A DNA stretch of 63,401 bases, counting the filler, from Reticulomyxa filosa (Eukaryota > Protista > Foraminifera), in the NCBI GenBank assembly GCA_000512085.1. It is 24 parts of 24 records of this genome, joined end to end, with 100 filler letters (N's around TTAATTAATTAA, not from the genome) between each part and the next. Parts side by side here need not be neighbours in the genome. Positions count along the whole stretch, not along the records: positions 33,619 to 37,881 come from ASPP01027939.1; positions 37,982 to 43,129 come from ASPP01019078.1; positions 43,230 to 48,933 come from ASPP01001358.1; 21 more parts are not named here. One strand, given 5' to 3'. Shown here piece after piece: positions 33,619-47,900 of the stretch. Under the pieces are notes generated by a model. That model was not told the DNA's origin and did not search any database. It saw only the letters and a list, made by a program, of their open reading frames with translations. Both the position numbers and the translations under genes were made by a program. How positions within the stretch are numbered: the first letter of the stretch is position 1; each line of letters begins with the position of its first letter.

Positions 33619-36300
33619 GATCGAGTGGTGAAGCGCACCATTAGTGGCAAGGAAATGAAGCACGGAGTATTGCCCAGTTACGTGTTGATAGCAAGGGAGT
33701 TTTTATATCATGTAATTTTTTTTGTAACATGTTTTTTTTTTTTTTTTTAATAAATAAAAAATATAGCATTGTTGTCGATGCTGCCTCAGCTTGAAAAGGA
33801 TTTAATGACTCATGGAGCACGCAAACACATTTTAATAAAAATATTGAAAGGCATTGTAGAGTTGTCCAGAAATGCAGAAGGAATACAACAGTTGATGAAT
33901 CATCGTGTCATTGCCAGCGTCTGTCCATTTTTGAATTCCGAGGATCCCGATATTCAAACATGTATCGTCATGGTATTGTTTTATATGACCTTGGTGCTTC
34001 AACAACAAGAGGGTCGAGAAGTGCATGTGAAGAAGTTGCTGTCAATGGCGCTATTCAATGTTGAAAGCATTTATTCGAGAAAATCACAAAGTAATGTATT
34101 TATTGGTTTTGATAATTTGCAAATTCACCGAAAATGCAAATGACTATACGATATTCGAGTTTAAGAAACATGACATGGCCAAGTCCAAAAATGTATTAAC
34201 TCAAATGAGTGGATTGACTAGTTTGAGTGAATGGATGCATTATAGTTCAAATGTTTCGCATTTGCTTTTTTGAAGAATGTAAGAAGGTACATAAGTATAA
34301 TATGTTTGTTGTTGACAGGTACAATTGTTGGAGTTTGTGTTGTGTCGACCAGATAATATAACTAAATTAATTAGTATATTTGGATTGCATGTGGAACATT
34401 GAATGAGATAAAAACATAAAGTCGGTTCGATTGTTGACACTGCTGAAATATTGTTGGATCTGAAAAATGTGAATAGATTCAAACATGAATAGACAAGGAA
34501 ACAAAGATGATAAAGAGTAAAACTATTCAAACAAATCAATATGATCAATACATTCAATTTTTGTTACCACATTAAATAAAATAACACAAATTACCAAAAA
34601 AATTGATGAACTGCTAGGTGGAAGCAATTTATTTTTGGCAACTTTGGATGAATGGCTACGAGCAAATACTTATTCATCATTGGATATGTATCAAACAAAA
34701 CAATTATTGGTGTTGTGTAAAAGGCAATGATTTGTTTAAAGATGATAAAGATTTGTATTATTTGATCGACACTGTTGCTGGAATTGATTTAGATAATGTT
34801 CGAATTGCAATCTATCGACACAAATATATTTATATACATGTTCATGTGCGTATGTTATACGTGAACGAAATATTCAAACGGATGTTGAAATAGCACGAGC
34901 ATTTATAGAAATGTGTCAAGAATTGCCAAAGAACGACTTGTACATGAGACAGCTGTTGAAAGATATTAGCAGCAAGTGATTGGAAGCACATGAAGTAAGT
35001 TTCGCGTTTTGTTTGATCAAGCAAACGAATAGCAATCGTAACAAGTCCGAACGCAGCTACCATGAGTATAGTTTTAAGAGAAAAAAATATATGTATATGC
35101 ATATACGTACATAAGAAAAAAAAAGATGGAATCTATCTTTTTTTGAACGTGACAAATCAAAAAAAAAAAAACTTTTCAATATTTGCTAAACAAAGAAGAA
35201 AGAAAGGACACAGTGAATGACAGATACAAGTACAAACAAAATGAAAGGATGGGGAAGCAAATGGACAAATCAAATGGGATGTCGAAACAAACTAACGAAG
35301 GCATGCAAGAAATGGGGAGGACGACGGAAAAGATATCGGATGAGAAACTGGAACAACAATGACAAAGAGCGAGTTTGGGACAATGGAGGAGCTCATCGCC
35401 ATTCGCAAAAAAATTAATATAATTTTGAAGACATCATTCAAACAAGCCAATCTCAATAATAGCAATGACTTGACATTGAAGAGTTTGGGACTTTGTTGTC
35501 CAACTTGGGCATATGTGTTAGTGGTAAAGGAGCTGTGCTATTATTAGTAGAAATTTTGGACCGAAATAACAAACATATTTTGGTTTTTATGAGTTCAAAC
35601 AAGCTGCCAATGTCAATGCTTCGATTATTTTACGAAAGTATGTCAAAGAATGCTAAGAAGATCATTTCATTTGATCTAAAAAGAAAAATTTTAGAAAGTA
35701 GCAAAAAATCGTCGTCGCAAACGGAACAAAACTCTGGAAAAAGCATGTAACTTATTTGCATCGAAAGTGGAGACTTTAAACAAAAGTCAGTTTAAAGAAT
35801 TGGTTCAATTGCTAGGAGTGAAACTGACATGTGATTAGATCAGCTTTGTGTTCGACCAGATGAACAAGTCCAAGTTGGACATGTTGACGATGAAGGACTT
35901 TAAGAACGACTTTAAAGACGACATCACAATGCATTTGGCGAGCGTAGTGGACATTAGCGACATCATGATTCGCATGTTTCAAAGACATATTGAAGCGTTC
36001 CAATGCAAGACAGGTCGATCATATGCTTTACCACCGATCAAAATTAGCATGATGATGCTAAAGAAATGTTGCAAATACATAATGATGATATCAATAATGT
36101 GATCAATGAATAGCAGAATTTGGACGATCTTGAAGACAAGCAACAGTGAAGAAACATCAACTCAATATAAGTCTAATGTCAAGACAAATCATATCAGGAC
36201 GACTGGACTAACAACACAAAGAAAAGTAACAAATCTAACTGCCGAAACACAACAAGATGAATAAAACTATTCTGTGATTTGGATGCATATTAATGACAAG
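33619..36300 (+). pseudogene. Degenerate helical (ARM-like) protein remnant
   Basis: A series of short same-strand coding-like ORFs (e.g. LMNHRVIASVCPFLNSEDPDIQTCIVMVLFYM) broken by stops. Confidence 0.3.
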
Positions 36301-38630
36301 ACTTCATTCAAACAAAGCCAAAAGAGTCTAAAATGTTTTCACTTTGAGCGGAACATCAAAAAAAAAGGAAAAGAAAAATTATTACTTAAAAAAAAGTGAA
36401 AGATCTAAGATTTATCTTGGAAACTTATCTTATTACAAATCTTCATTTAAGTGAACTTTTTATTGTCTACATATCAACCTTTCTCAAACAATGTGCCAAA
36501 GGTGTGATGGCGACAGTCAAAAAAAAGATATAGCATAGTATGATGGAAAAAGTTAGAACTTGTTATGATGTATATATGATATTATAGTGTTAAAAACATG
36601 TACATTTAAGGTGGACGCAAACTGAAAGACGAACAAGTGATTTGTGCATTGATAAATAGCAATAATATACATTTATTGTTGCTATGTTTTAGCCAAAAAT
36701 CAGAATATGTCTTTGATTTTTTGTTTTGTTACACATGTTCGATGATGTTAGACGACAAAGAAACGAAGAAAAAATCACAACAATACTTCAAAGCTAATGC
36801 ACACATGCAATGTGTAAAATATAGATTTGGCTAACATGTTTTAATTGAACGTTGGAGGAAGTGATAAGTGGCCAGAATTAGAGTGTTGTTGACTTTGTGG
36901 TTTGCTATTTATAAAATATTATATACATATAAATGTGTATATAATATTTATGTGTATATATATAATGTATGATATACTTATATAAAATTTTTCAATTGTG
37001 TTATAATGAACATTGTCATCCAATAGATAATATAATGAGATGTGTTGTAGAAAGTGATGAAGTATTGATATGGAAGGAAAAACGCAAAGACAATTAATGT
37101 GTGTTTGAAATTGGATTTTAAATTTTAGATAAAAATGACATACAATAAATTGCTATAACAATTACAATAGCAATAACAGTGATAATAGCAATGATAACGC
37201 ACAAACGACTATTGACGAGCACGCAAATAGCAAAGACTCTAAAGTATGATATACATAAATGTATATTTATATTTATATAGAAAATAGACAAAAAATAGAT
37301 ACATTTTGTTTCGCTGTTCAAGTAACGAAAGTGTGGAAACGACAAAACACAAAAAACTAAAACAAAATGAACAATATGACAATATGGCAAACAACTACAG
37401 TTTGAATATATTATTTCTGACAATATGGTGACAACAACAAACACTGACAAAGCAAAAAAAGACTAAAAACAGAATATTGAGCAGAAAATATACAAAAAAC
37501 AAAGATTACATTACAAAAAGACTAACGAAAAGCAAAAGCGAATTCAAATGTATTGCCAACATTCTATCTGATTTATTGCAGTATTAGATCATTATTATAA
37601 TCAAAGTACCTTTTCTTATTCGTCATCATCAACGACTGACACAATACCACAACTAAATTATAATCTTCGTCAAACAAAATCGACGTCTTCATCAATGTCA
37701 ACATCGTTTTTTAACAATATTGGCACAAACAAAACTGTAGGCTAACTCAACAAATACTTTGCATATGTTGCAAAAATACTCAAACTTGCTTCAATGTGAA
37801 ATAATGACAAAATCAATAATGATTAAACCAAAAAAAACAACAATAACAATGACAATAAAAATAATAATAACAACAACAACANNNNNNNNNNNNNNNNNNN
37901 NNNNNNNNNNNNNNNNNNNNNNNNNTTAATTAATTAANNNNNNNNNNNNNNNNNNNNNNNNNNNNNNNNNNNNNNNNNNNNGTTTTTCTTTTTACGGTTC
38001 CATTACACTTATATGACGACAGCAAAAAACGAAGCTATACTTATATTAAATTTCTTTGCTACAGATCGAATGCTAGCTCCATCAACCAACATACTAACAG
38101 TAACTCTTTCCTTAAGCAATCAAATGTTTCAATATTTTAAATATCAAAATTTTGAAATGTCAATTAAAAATATCAACAATGAAGAAAATTAGCAAAAAAA
38201 AATATTTAAAAACTACAAGATCAGTAGATATTTTTTAAAAAATTAGGTTTAAATCTTTATTTTTCATGGAGAAAATCGCTTCTCTTCATATAGTTCCATT
38301 TAGGTATGGCAGTTTTTTTTGCAATATACTGTATTAAATAAAATTGATTTTGTTTTATTTTTTTTAAAGATCTAAACATATTTGAATAATTATTTTTTTG
38401 CAATTGAATTTTATGACAAAAAACAAAGATCTTTGACATAAAAAAAAGATATATTGATTTATTTAATGAAACTTATTTATTCATACAAAAAAATTGTTGT
38501 TAACATTAAATACGAATATCACCATTAGACAAACAATAACATATTAATAATATCAATGTTCTATTCTTTTATTCTTGACTTGATTATTTAGGCATAATAT
38601 TTTTATATCTTTTTTATCTCATTCGATAAT

Positions 38631-38870
38631 ATGCAATTCCTTTTTACCAGATGGAATATCCCACAAACGAACAAACTCAAGTTTAATGGACATACAAATG
38701 TGGTCAATGCTCTTGATTACTCACCCTTTGTCGTGAATAATATTAAAATTGGTCATAGCTCAAATGTGATATGTTCTAGATCAAGCGACAGTTCAATTTG
38801 TTTTTGGTATATTCGATCAAACGAGCACTTTTATATACAGGTCCAGATAATGTTGTACAGTAGGTTGTAA
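38631..38870 (+). pseudogene. WD40-family gene remnant
   Basis: FNGHTNVVNALDYSPF...VICSRSSDSSICFWYIR. Confidence 0.7.
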
Positions 38871-39879
38871 AAAAAACTGGCATACCTAAACGGCACATAT
38901 ATGAAGAGAATAGATTTTCTCAATGAAAAATAAACATTAACCATAATTTTATTTTAAAGATATCTACAAATCTTGTAGTTTTTAAATATAAATTTTTTTT
39001 TTTGTGCGTTTGATTCTTTTTTGATTAATTTTTGGTTGTTATTTTAAAGTTTGGCGCTTTGAAATTATTCTATTACAACAACAAATAAAAAATCTGAAGT
39101 TAAAAGATAGTTATATCAATGTGAGTTTTGAATTTAAAATAGATGCAAAGATTAGATTTTAAATTATTGTAAGAAATGATATTTTTTTGATGAAGCAAAG
39201 ATAAAATTGTGTGGAAGCGATTGAAACAAAGAACTTTAAAAATTATCAAACCAAGCATTAAAAGTTAATTTCAAAATCAAAAAATTAAGTTTTGGCAAAG
39301 ATAGCATTATAATTTGGCTTGCTTTGACTCAAAAATTTAAATAAGTTTGCAAGATAAACAATAAAGTCAATTATAAAATCATTAAAAAATCAAAAAATGA
39401 ATACTGAGAAGAATCTAATTGTTTAGATTATGGAAATAACAGTTGAATTTGACATATTAATTTGTCAAAAACTCAAACAAAATAAAAAATTTTAAGAACT
39501 TACATCAATGAAATTGCAACGCAAGATTTAGTTTCACAATAAATAAAAAAAAAGTCAAATTTTACTTGTCGAATTTTTTAAAACCCTTTTTAAAAGTATA
39601 TACGTGACTTGAAGATTCCTAAAAAAAAACAAAAAGATCTAAAAACTTCATCTTGGTAATACAAGTTTGATTTATATGCATTACTGAGAAATTTTCAAAA
39701 ATCATATGAAAAAATATTGGCTTTATAATAATTTTTTTCTAGATTGGTTAAAATCAATTTTATATTAAAAACTACAAGATTTGCAGATTTTTTTTAAAAT
39801 TAGGTTTGATTCTCTTCATATATGTACTATTTCTGTGTGCAGTTTTTTTTGCAATATAATGTATTTGGTACATATTTTA

Positions 39880-40085
39880 CACTAATTGCATGATTTCCAT
39901 GTCCTTCAGATACAATTAATTATTTGGTAGTTTCAATAATCCATGCACGAATGGGGTTATCACATGTATATCCAATCACAATCACACCAATATAATTACT
40001 GCTGCTACTTTGTAATGGTGAAATATCTGCACGGTTGATATAATCATTATGTCCATTAAAAAAATGCAATGATACACAACAAATA
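39880..40085 (-). pseudogene. WD40-family gene remnant
   Basis: LHFFNGHNDYINRADISPLQS...DNPIRAWIIETTK, then EGH after a stop. Confidence 0.65.
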
Positions 40086-42015
40086 TAACTAGGATACTTA
40101 TAATTTCTATAGCAGAGCATAGTGCCAAAGATTGATTAATGAATCCAATCAGTCTGAATTGTTCAGGAGACCAGATAAATCACTATAACTGAATTTCTAT
40201 CGATTGAAATATTGTGATGCAAACAAACGAGCAAGTAAATAAGAAAAATAAAAACAGAAATAATCATTCGGATGAAATAAGAAAATGAAGCATTAGAAGC
40301 AAAAGTACAGCAATTATCGTCAAGGATTATTAAATTGGAAGGAAAAAGAGATTTGCTTGATAAATCTTTTGAAAATTCAAATACTTAAAATTTTGGTAAC
40401 ATTTTATTTCAAAGTAAAGCTAAATTGGCTGTTGGTTTTATATTTGTACTTTTTTCGTTCTGTATTATTAGCGCTATGCATTCCAATCTCCAATGATTAC
40501 AATAAATTTAGGTATTCTTTGATCATCTTGTCTTGATTGTATTTTGTTGCAGTTTTTGACTGTTTCTATAGAAACTACAGAACATGATCGATTTCTTTTC
40601 ACCTAGAATGCCAAAACCTGATTTTTGAAAATTGTCTTTGTCAGTTACAAACATCTTTTTTTGAATGGAGATCTTGTCGACACAGAATACATGTTCTGCC
40701 TGTTTCAATCCAAAATACGTTTCATATCTTGATATGTTTCCAACTCACATTAAATCATTGATCTGAATGATTGCACGAATATTGTTACCTCTTTAAATGC
40801 TGCTTTCATTTATTCAATTGCACATTTCAATAATGAGATTTCGTCAGCTTTTTTTCGACGATTGTTTTATTGTCTTTGAACTGATTGATGTTCTGTCACT
40901 TTGTCGTTATTCTTGATTGTTGAGATTATGACTTTGCTTATACTGACTATAGGAATACTGATTATCTTGGAATCAATTCAAATCAAAAAGAAATCTGATA
41001 ACAAGTTTTTCTCTTATATTTTGGATCACTTCAGAATCAATTAGATGATTTTTCTTGCATAGATGTTGACTTGGATCATTATTGTATTGATACTTCGATG
41101 CTTCGCAATTCTCTAAACCATAATACTTCAAGTCTTTCTTTTGTTTGGGCATTTTTTCGCAATGTGGTTCAATTTGAAGTAATTTCGACATTGCATAAAA
41201 TGAGACTTGGGTCTTGATTTGTTCTTGTCGAATAATACTGATCGTGTTATTGTATATCCAATCTGAATATCATAAAAAAAATCAAAGCAACAATCATATC
41301 ATTAAGATCAAACTTAAACAAAGTACTAAAATAATTCTTTATTTGCCACAAACTTTTTCAAATTGATGTAGCTTTGATATAGCTGAACTAAGGATACAGT
41401 AGTTTGCAAAAAAAACCATACATCCAAAAAAAAAGGGGTTTTTCGCTTATGATGATTTTTTCCTTTTGCTTTTTGTTTTTATTAGAGCACTGTGTTTCTC
41501 TTAAGACAAGACTCTTTTACATACAAGATTTTTACAAAATATTCAACTACAAAAAAAAACTGCCACATCATAAGCAAACATCCGCAATCTAAATGGTTTT
41601 GAAAGAAATTTTGCGAGATCAAAAAAAGTCAAGAAAGGCTCAAAAAAACCTTTTTACACTTGAAACATTTTTTTTTAAAGTGCTATAAAGTTTTTATAGT
41701 AGTTGGATTTTGTAATATTGTAAGTGAAGTGTGACTTCTTCACAAACAAAAATATTCTGTGCAGAAAGGTATTAATTAGCACATACATTTTCTGAAAATT
41801 TCAGGATATTATTTGTTCATTTTGCAGTTGATGTTAATAAGCTAATTCAACTGATCACAACTTCAATGATGCCAATAATAGACAAATAGAGCAAAAAGAA
41901 AATAAAGATGAAAATTGCAAGGCAGCCAAGATATGATGATATTTATCGCAAGATATTCGCTGCGGAACAAAAGAAAAAACGAGAAGAAGCAGTAATCAAT
42001 CTGAAATAAATTAGC

Positions 42016-42316
42016 ATGTTAAATGAAATAAAAGAAACATTGGTTCAAGAGGTGAAACGACTCCATAAGATGCCAATTGTTAAAGTCGTTAAGATATTGA
42101 AAGACAATGACATTCAAGTTGGATATTCAATGGTGAAAGTGGAACCGTTCGATAAAAACAAATCACGTATAAAGTCGCATTTCAAGCAATACAGGAAATG
42201 CTACAGATTGAACCATATCGCTCGTGTGTGCGCAAAGAAACGTAAAGTATTGCGGATTGGCAAATCACGAGGCAGGTCGGGAATCGATCAAGAGATGAAA
42301 TTAACATTGCGAATAC
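42016..42316 (+). mobile_element. Degenerate LINE ORF1 (gag-like zinc knuckle) and ORF1/ORF2 junction
   Basis: KQYRKCYRLNHIARVC is a CX2CX4HX4C knuckle with the first C mutated to Y. The 3' end shares 34/37 nt with the start of the APE remnant at 30661-30697. Confidence 0.65.
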
Positions 42317-42421
42317 CAGATTTATGACCATGGAAGTGTTGAGATATCTCGACACCTTTTAAGTTTTGAAAATTTACTCAAGTCGTTTTGTCCAAGAAAG
42401 TTCATCAAGATTTTTCGGACC

Positions 42422-43129
42422 AAGAAATCTTTTAACTAGTAAAATTTTTTTTTTATAGTGATATAAAATTTTTCATAGTTGAAATTTCTAACATTGTGGC
42501 TGTAGTGTGACTTCTTCCCTTTTGTTATTGTTTTTGGTAAAGTTTTTTGTTGCAATTCATTTTTGGGGGGTTGTCGTCGGTTCAGCAACTGTGTGGTGTG
42601 GAAGAGGCAAATACATGGTTTTTGTGATTGGCAGAACTCCGAGGGTAACTTGTACTGAATATCGGGCAAAATCAAAATCCACTCGCTGATAACAAGGCTT
42701 GTGAATGCGATCCGATGGCCGAGACGATGTATTTTTACTCTAATCGGCTATACTGTAGGCCATGTTGGGACAAAATACACCACTTGGAATTGGATCGAGA
42801 ATCCAATCTAATGATAAGACAGACATGTCAACTGCACTTCCGAACATCAACGGTTGCGAAAACAAATTTTGCTATTCCCTGTGGAATGATCAGTGGGAAT
42901 TACAGGAGCCTTGTTTTCGAAGGTTGAAGTCTGAAATATTGAACTTTTGTTCGACATTCTTTCTTGTTAATATTATTTTGTTTCGACTGTTCATTTGGGT
43001 GTTTCGTTTGTTATCTTGTATATATCTGATCTCGCACAAAATCGCAATATCAGATATCTGAAAGTTTTCAGCTAGTAAAAAAAATTTTTTATCACGATAA
43101 AAAATTACTAGTTAAAAAAAAATTTCTTT
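42422..43129. mobile_element. ~700-bp element with ~70-bp imperfect terminal inverted repeats (MITE-like / non-autonomous DNA transposon)
   Basis: Left AAGAAATCTTTTAACTAGTAAAATTTT..TATAGTGATATAAAATTTTTCATAGTTGAAA approximates the reverse complement of 43060-43129. Confidence 0.65.
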
Positions 43130-43599
43130 NNNNNNNNNNNNNNNNNNNNNNNNNNNNNNNNNNNNNNNNNNNNTTAATTAATTAANNNNNNNNNNNNNNN
43201 NNNNNNNNNNNNNNNNNNNNNNNNNNNNNTAACATATGATCGATCATCAATTATGAATCAATATAAAAATATTTTAAATGATGATTCTTTGATGACAGAT
43301 GGAAATTTAGAGCTTTTTCCTGATTATGCTTTGCGACAAAATATTCAAAATTTTTTGAAAAACTCAAAATGATGTTTGTCACTTGTGTGTTTGTGTGCAA
43401 TTTTTGCTTTTTTTAAAAGGATGCACATTTGTAAAAAATCATTTCAAGTTTTATCTTGGATTGAATAAGTAAACACAGTCACGTTTTCATTGATATTCTA
43501 TACAAATATGAATGTAAATTTTTATTTCTAATATGGAATAGAATATTGTCGTTATAAAAAAAGAAGATAAAAACAACAGCCAACAAATTGTGTATATTA

Positions 43600-44150
43600 G
43601 GAAAAAAAAGAATAATTGCACAAAATTGTAATCAAAACTCATTGAGTGAGTCAGAATGATTTGAAAGAGACAGTAATCAAAAATAATTTATTGGATTGGG
43701 CAGCAAGTAGAAATGTAATGATTATAATAGCTGAAAATATAAACAAAAAAAGATTTGGTGAAGTATGGTATTCATTACCATTTCTAATCACTCGAATATT
43801 TTTATTATTTGAAATATGTATCCGATTGAAACGAAAAGAAAGAAATTTCATTGGATTGTCAAGAGATACAACATTTAAACAAGTATATGAAAAAGGAATG
43901 AAAGAATTACAACTTATTGGGATTATGTTATCACTCAAGAATTTAAACATAAAAATCCAGATTTGACTGAAGATTGGAGTTACAGTGTGGTGGATCGTTT
44001 GATGAATATGAAAACAATTTCATTACGTAAATGAGTTTGGTGGTTGGTTATAAAGATCATTGCATTTGCTTAAATTTGGATAATCAATGGATGAAAACAG
44101 TTTCATTGAATACACACCATCCAAGGAATGAAAGTGATTGGATGCAATCA
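43600..44150 (+). pseudogene. Decayed paralog of the 78-2154 gene
   Basis: RIFLLFEICIRLKRK...QVYEKGMKELQ and SLVVGYKDHCICL...DNQW match 844-2154, with internal deletions and frameshifts. Confidence 0.8.
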
Positions 44151-44154
44151 TGCT

Positions 44155-44960
44155 TTTTTAATTGTGAAAGCTTAATACAAATTATTCCATTATCTTCATC
44201 GCCTTTGATCACATACAATTGATTTTTATTTGATCGAATATCCCAAAAACAAATTGTATTACCTCTTGATCCAGAACATATTAATGTTGAAATATCAACA
44301 CACCAAACACCATTTGCATGTCCATTGAAAACATGCAATGATTTTGATACTTCAACATCCCATAAACGAATATTTTTGTCTAATGATCCAGAACACAAAT
44401 ATTTACCACCATTAAATGGTGAAAATTCAATTCCATTAACACTGGCAGTGTGCATATTAAAAATTTGTAATTGCTTGTTATGTTTGAAATCCCAAAAACG
44501 AATGGTTTTGTCATATGATGAAGAACAAATGACATTTTGACAATGATTATGATTATGATATAATGAAAATTTTACACAGAATCTGAATGTCCATTGAATG
44601 ATTGAATTTGTTTGTTGTTATCAGCATCCCACACACACGAACTGTTTTATCAGCTGATCCAGAACAAATCAATTTGACAATCAGAATATATTGAATATCA
44701 ATACTCCAAACCCAACCAGTATGTCCAGTGAGCGTATTGATTAATTTGGATGATGGACAAAATGAAGATAGTAGACATCTATGATAAATAAACATTTGAA
44801 TATTTTGACTAGTGTTTTAAAAAAAGAAAGAACAAATGAACTAACATAATTGACAACAAGTTTGTCAAATTCATTAATCCATCCTAATTTTTTTTTCAAT
44901 CTTCGAATCCAATGTTGTACAATTACTTGAATCTTTTCTTCTTCAGACTGTTGAATCACA
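44155..44960 (-). pseudogene. WD40-repeat gene, frameshifted
   Basis: LINTLTGHTGWVWSID, LCSGSLDKNIRLWDV, FNGHANGVWCVDIS. Confidence 0.8.
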
Positions 44961-47900
44961 AATTACATACGATAAATAAGATAGTAAAAAAGGCAACAGA
45001 CTTTCTGAAAGCTTGTAATACAGCTTACCAACGCTAGAGTTATCATTTTGTTTTTTTCTTAAAATCGTTTTTGATGATGTAAAATGGAAGATATTTAGCT
45101 TTTCCTCTTGAGAGTAATGAAAGGGGTTTCAAAAATCTTTTTTTGGTAACGTGAAAAGTGGATTTCAACAATATATGATTTTTTTTGTCAATGAAGATAA
45201 TAAACTTGTTTAAAAAGAACATGTCCAAAACTAAGTATGCACATATATCACAATTTTTTTTTCAAAAGGTTTTAAACAAAAACTTTGAAAACAGTCGTTT
45301 GACTTTTTTTGTAGTTTCAAGAATGTTTAGCAACAAAAAAGGAACTTCGTGTTGAAATAAAAAATATAATTTAATACAGCTTTTATAAACTTTAAATATG
45401 TTTTTTGAAGCAATTATGAAGATATAATAAAAAAACCAAAATAATATTTAAACACAATTTGTAGATATTTTTTAAAAAATATTGAGTCTGAATGTTGTTT
45501 TTTTATGAAGGAAATCAATCATCTGTGTTAATTTTCTTTTGCATTCTACTGTATTTGAAAGACTTAAAAGAAAAAAAAGGAAAGTTTACTGTATTATTCT
45601 AAAACAAAATTATGGAAATTCGTTTAAAAGATTTAATAATCTATGTATTTATTTTATCTGTAGTCCAATAATGAATTAATTTATAACATGTTACAAATAA
45701 ATATGAAATTTTGAATATATCAACAACATTGATTTTGTTTTATGCACGCTAATCTCTTTTTTAGAACATTTTGGATAATATTAGACAAAATAGATTGTCT
45801 CAATTACTAATCAATAATGGTATTCTTTGAAAACAGACAACTGTGATGTCTCTAAATTTGCCATTAGATTCAAATTTTTGTGATTTATTGCAAATTAAAG
45901 AATAGTAACATGTTATTGTAAAAAGTTCAAAAAAAGTCTTTTCATAAACAAAATTTCTTATAACAAAACTTCATTTTCTTTGATGAAAATAAATAAACAA
46001 GTAATCATTTACGGTAAACCTCTTGATGTCACGAGAAGAGCAATTTGGATCTTGTTTCGTAATAAATTTAATTAAATCGTTTTCATATATTTAAAATCGT
46101 CGCTTTGTCCACTTGAGTACCAAAATCTTCAAATAACAAGAGCAAATAATGGTTTAATAAATTTAAAGATAACCAAATCAAAGTTTACAATTGTGAAAAT
46201 CTTTGCGTTTATGCCACGGCGAGTATTGTTTGTCCATGTTTTTCGTTGTAATACGGAAGTTGCCAAATATTTCTGTCCATTGGTACCACAATATTTCTTC
46301 AAAAAGTTCAGTTTGTTGAGACTCTATTTCTATTGTAACCTCTGCAGAAGCTTCCAGTATTTGAGCCAATGTTTCAATATCTATGTTTTTAAAAATCTTT
46401 TGTTTTCCATTTTGATCGTGTTTCTTTGAATTAGATTGCTCAGACGATGCAGTGGTATTTGCTTTAACATTTTGTGCAGTTCTTTATCTTCACTTGTGGC
46501 TCCATTACCATTATTCTCACTGCTTGTGGCTTTATTCAAGTTCTTGTAATTTTAGATATAAAAACAACAAAACAAACTAATTTCAATTGCTTAAGAAAAA
46601 AAAAAAGACAACAACAGTAAATATTTAACTTCAATGACTTTGAGAAATTTTGTTCTTGATCGATTTCGATAACACATATATAGTCTTGGTAAAAAGCGTG
46701 ACTGCGTGACTCACCTCCAAGAGATTATTGTGTTGATCCATATTGTCTCTATGGACGGGCATGCCTTGCTTCTCACGATATGTCCATATTTCTTTGACTG
46801 ATAGGTCGTCATCATTATTTTCATTATACGGTCCATTGCCGCTTGCCACTATTTATTGACATTTTTGTCTTTTCTCTTTCATTTTCTTTTTTTTTTTTTC
46901 CTTTTATACTTTCTTTAATTTTATCTTCCTCTTTCTCTCTATCCAAACCTAAAAGAAATCACCATGTTCACACTGCCTTGGTTGATACATATTACAACCA
47001 CTGACAAAATGATACAAAGAACGTATAAATCCACATCGACAGTGAAATACAACACTTTGGTTCATCAAATGGAGTTTTTATCCTTCGCGATACCAATTTC
47101 ACACGTTTTTTTCTGAAATTGAAGTTTTCTGCGGCATAGTGTCAACTTGGCTATCTCCGCAATTCTCTGCTACCGTTTTCCAATGGTAAAATCACATTTA
47201 ACATTCACACAATCACTATAAAGATTTTCTTGTTCCTTTCTTTAATTGTATGTATTGCATGTATTGATTTGTAGACTTATCCACTTTTTGAGATACAAAT
47301 TCAACAGCTGGACGATTGTTTGTTTTGCAATAAAATTGTGTAAATATATTCAGAAGATACAACAATTGAGATCCCGAATTGCAAATATCGATGGATGTAT
47401 TATTTTGATTGAGCGGTGACTTTTTCGTAACACGTGCTCGAACTTGCTGTTAAACTTTGACATTGGATTCTTGATTGCACGAGTCGGGTTGGTGTTTGAG
47501 AATAGATAAGGCCAAATCTTTTGCACATTTTTGTATAATTGGCAATCAAATTGAAAGTGAGTCCGAAAATATGATCAACCAATATCCATATGCTCTCGAC
47601 ACGTTTATACGCAATAGAGCCATAATTTCCACCAACTTTGGTGTCGATAAAAAAAGTGGAGCGACAATGGAGCAGCAGTAGAATTAAATGCATACGGTGA
47701 AAATGATGGCATTGCAAACTGCACTACAAGCAGTAAATTCTGTGCAATGCACACTCCTTTTTTCAATACTCCAAATCGCATATATATATATATATATCCA
47801 TGTTTTACAAGAAGATGAGACATAAGGTGACTCCAAATTGAAATAAGAGATTGTTGTGATTCATCACAAGACTTCCCTTAACTGTTTGGTTTCCAGCCAT

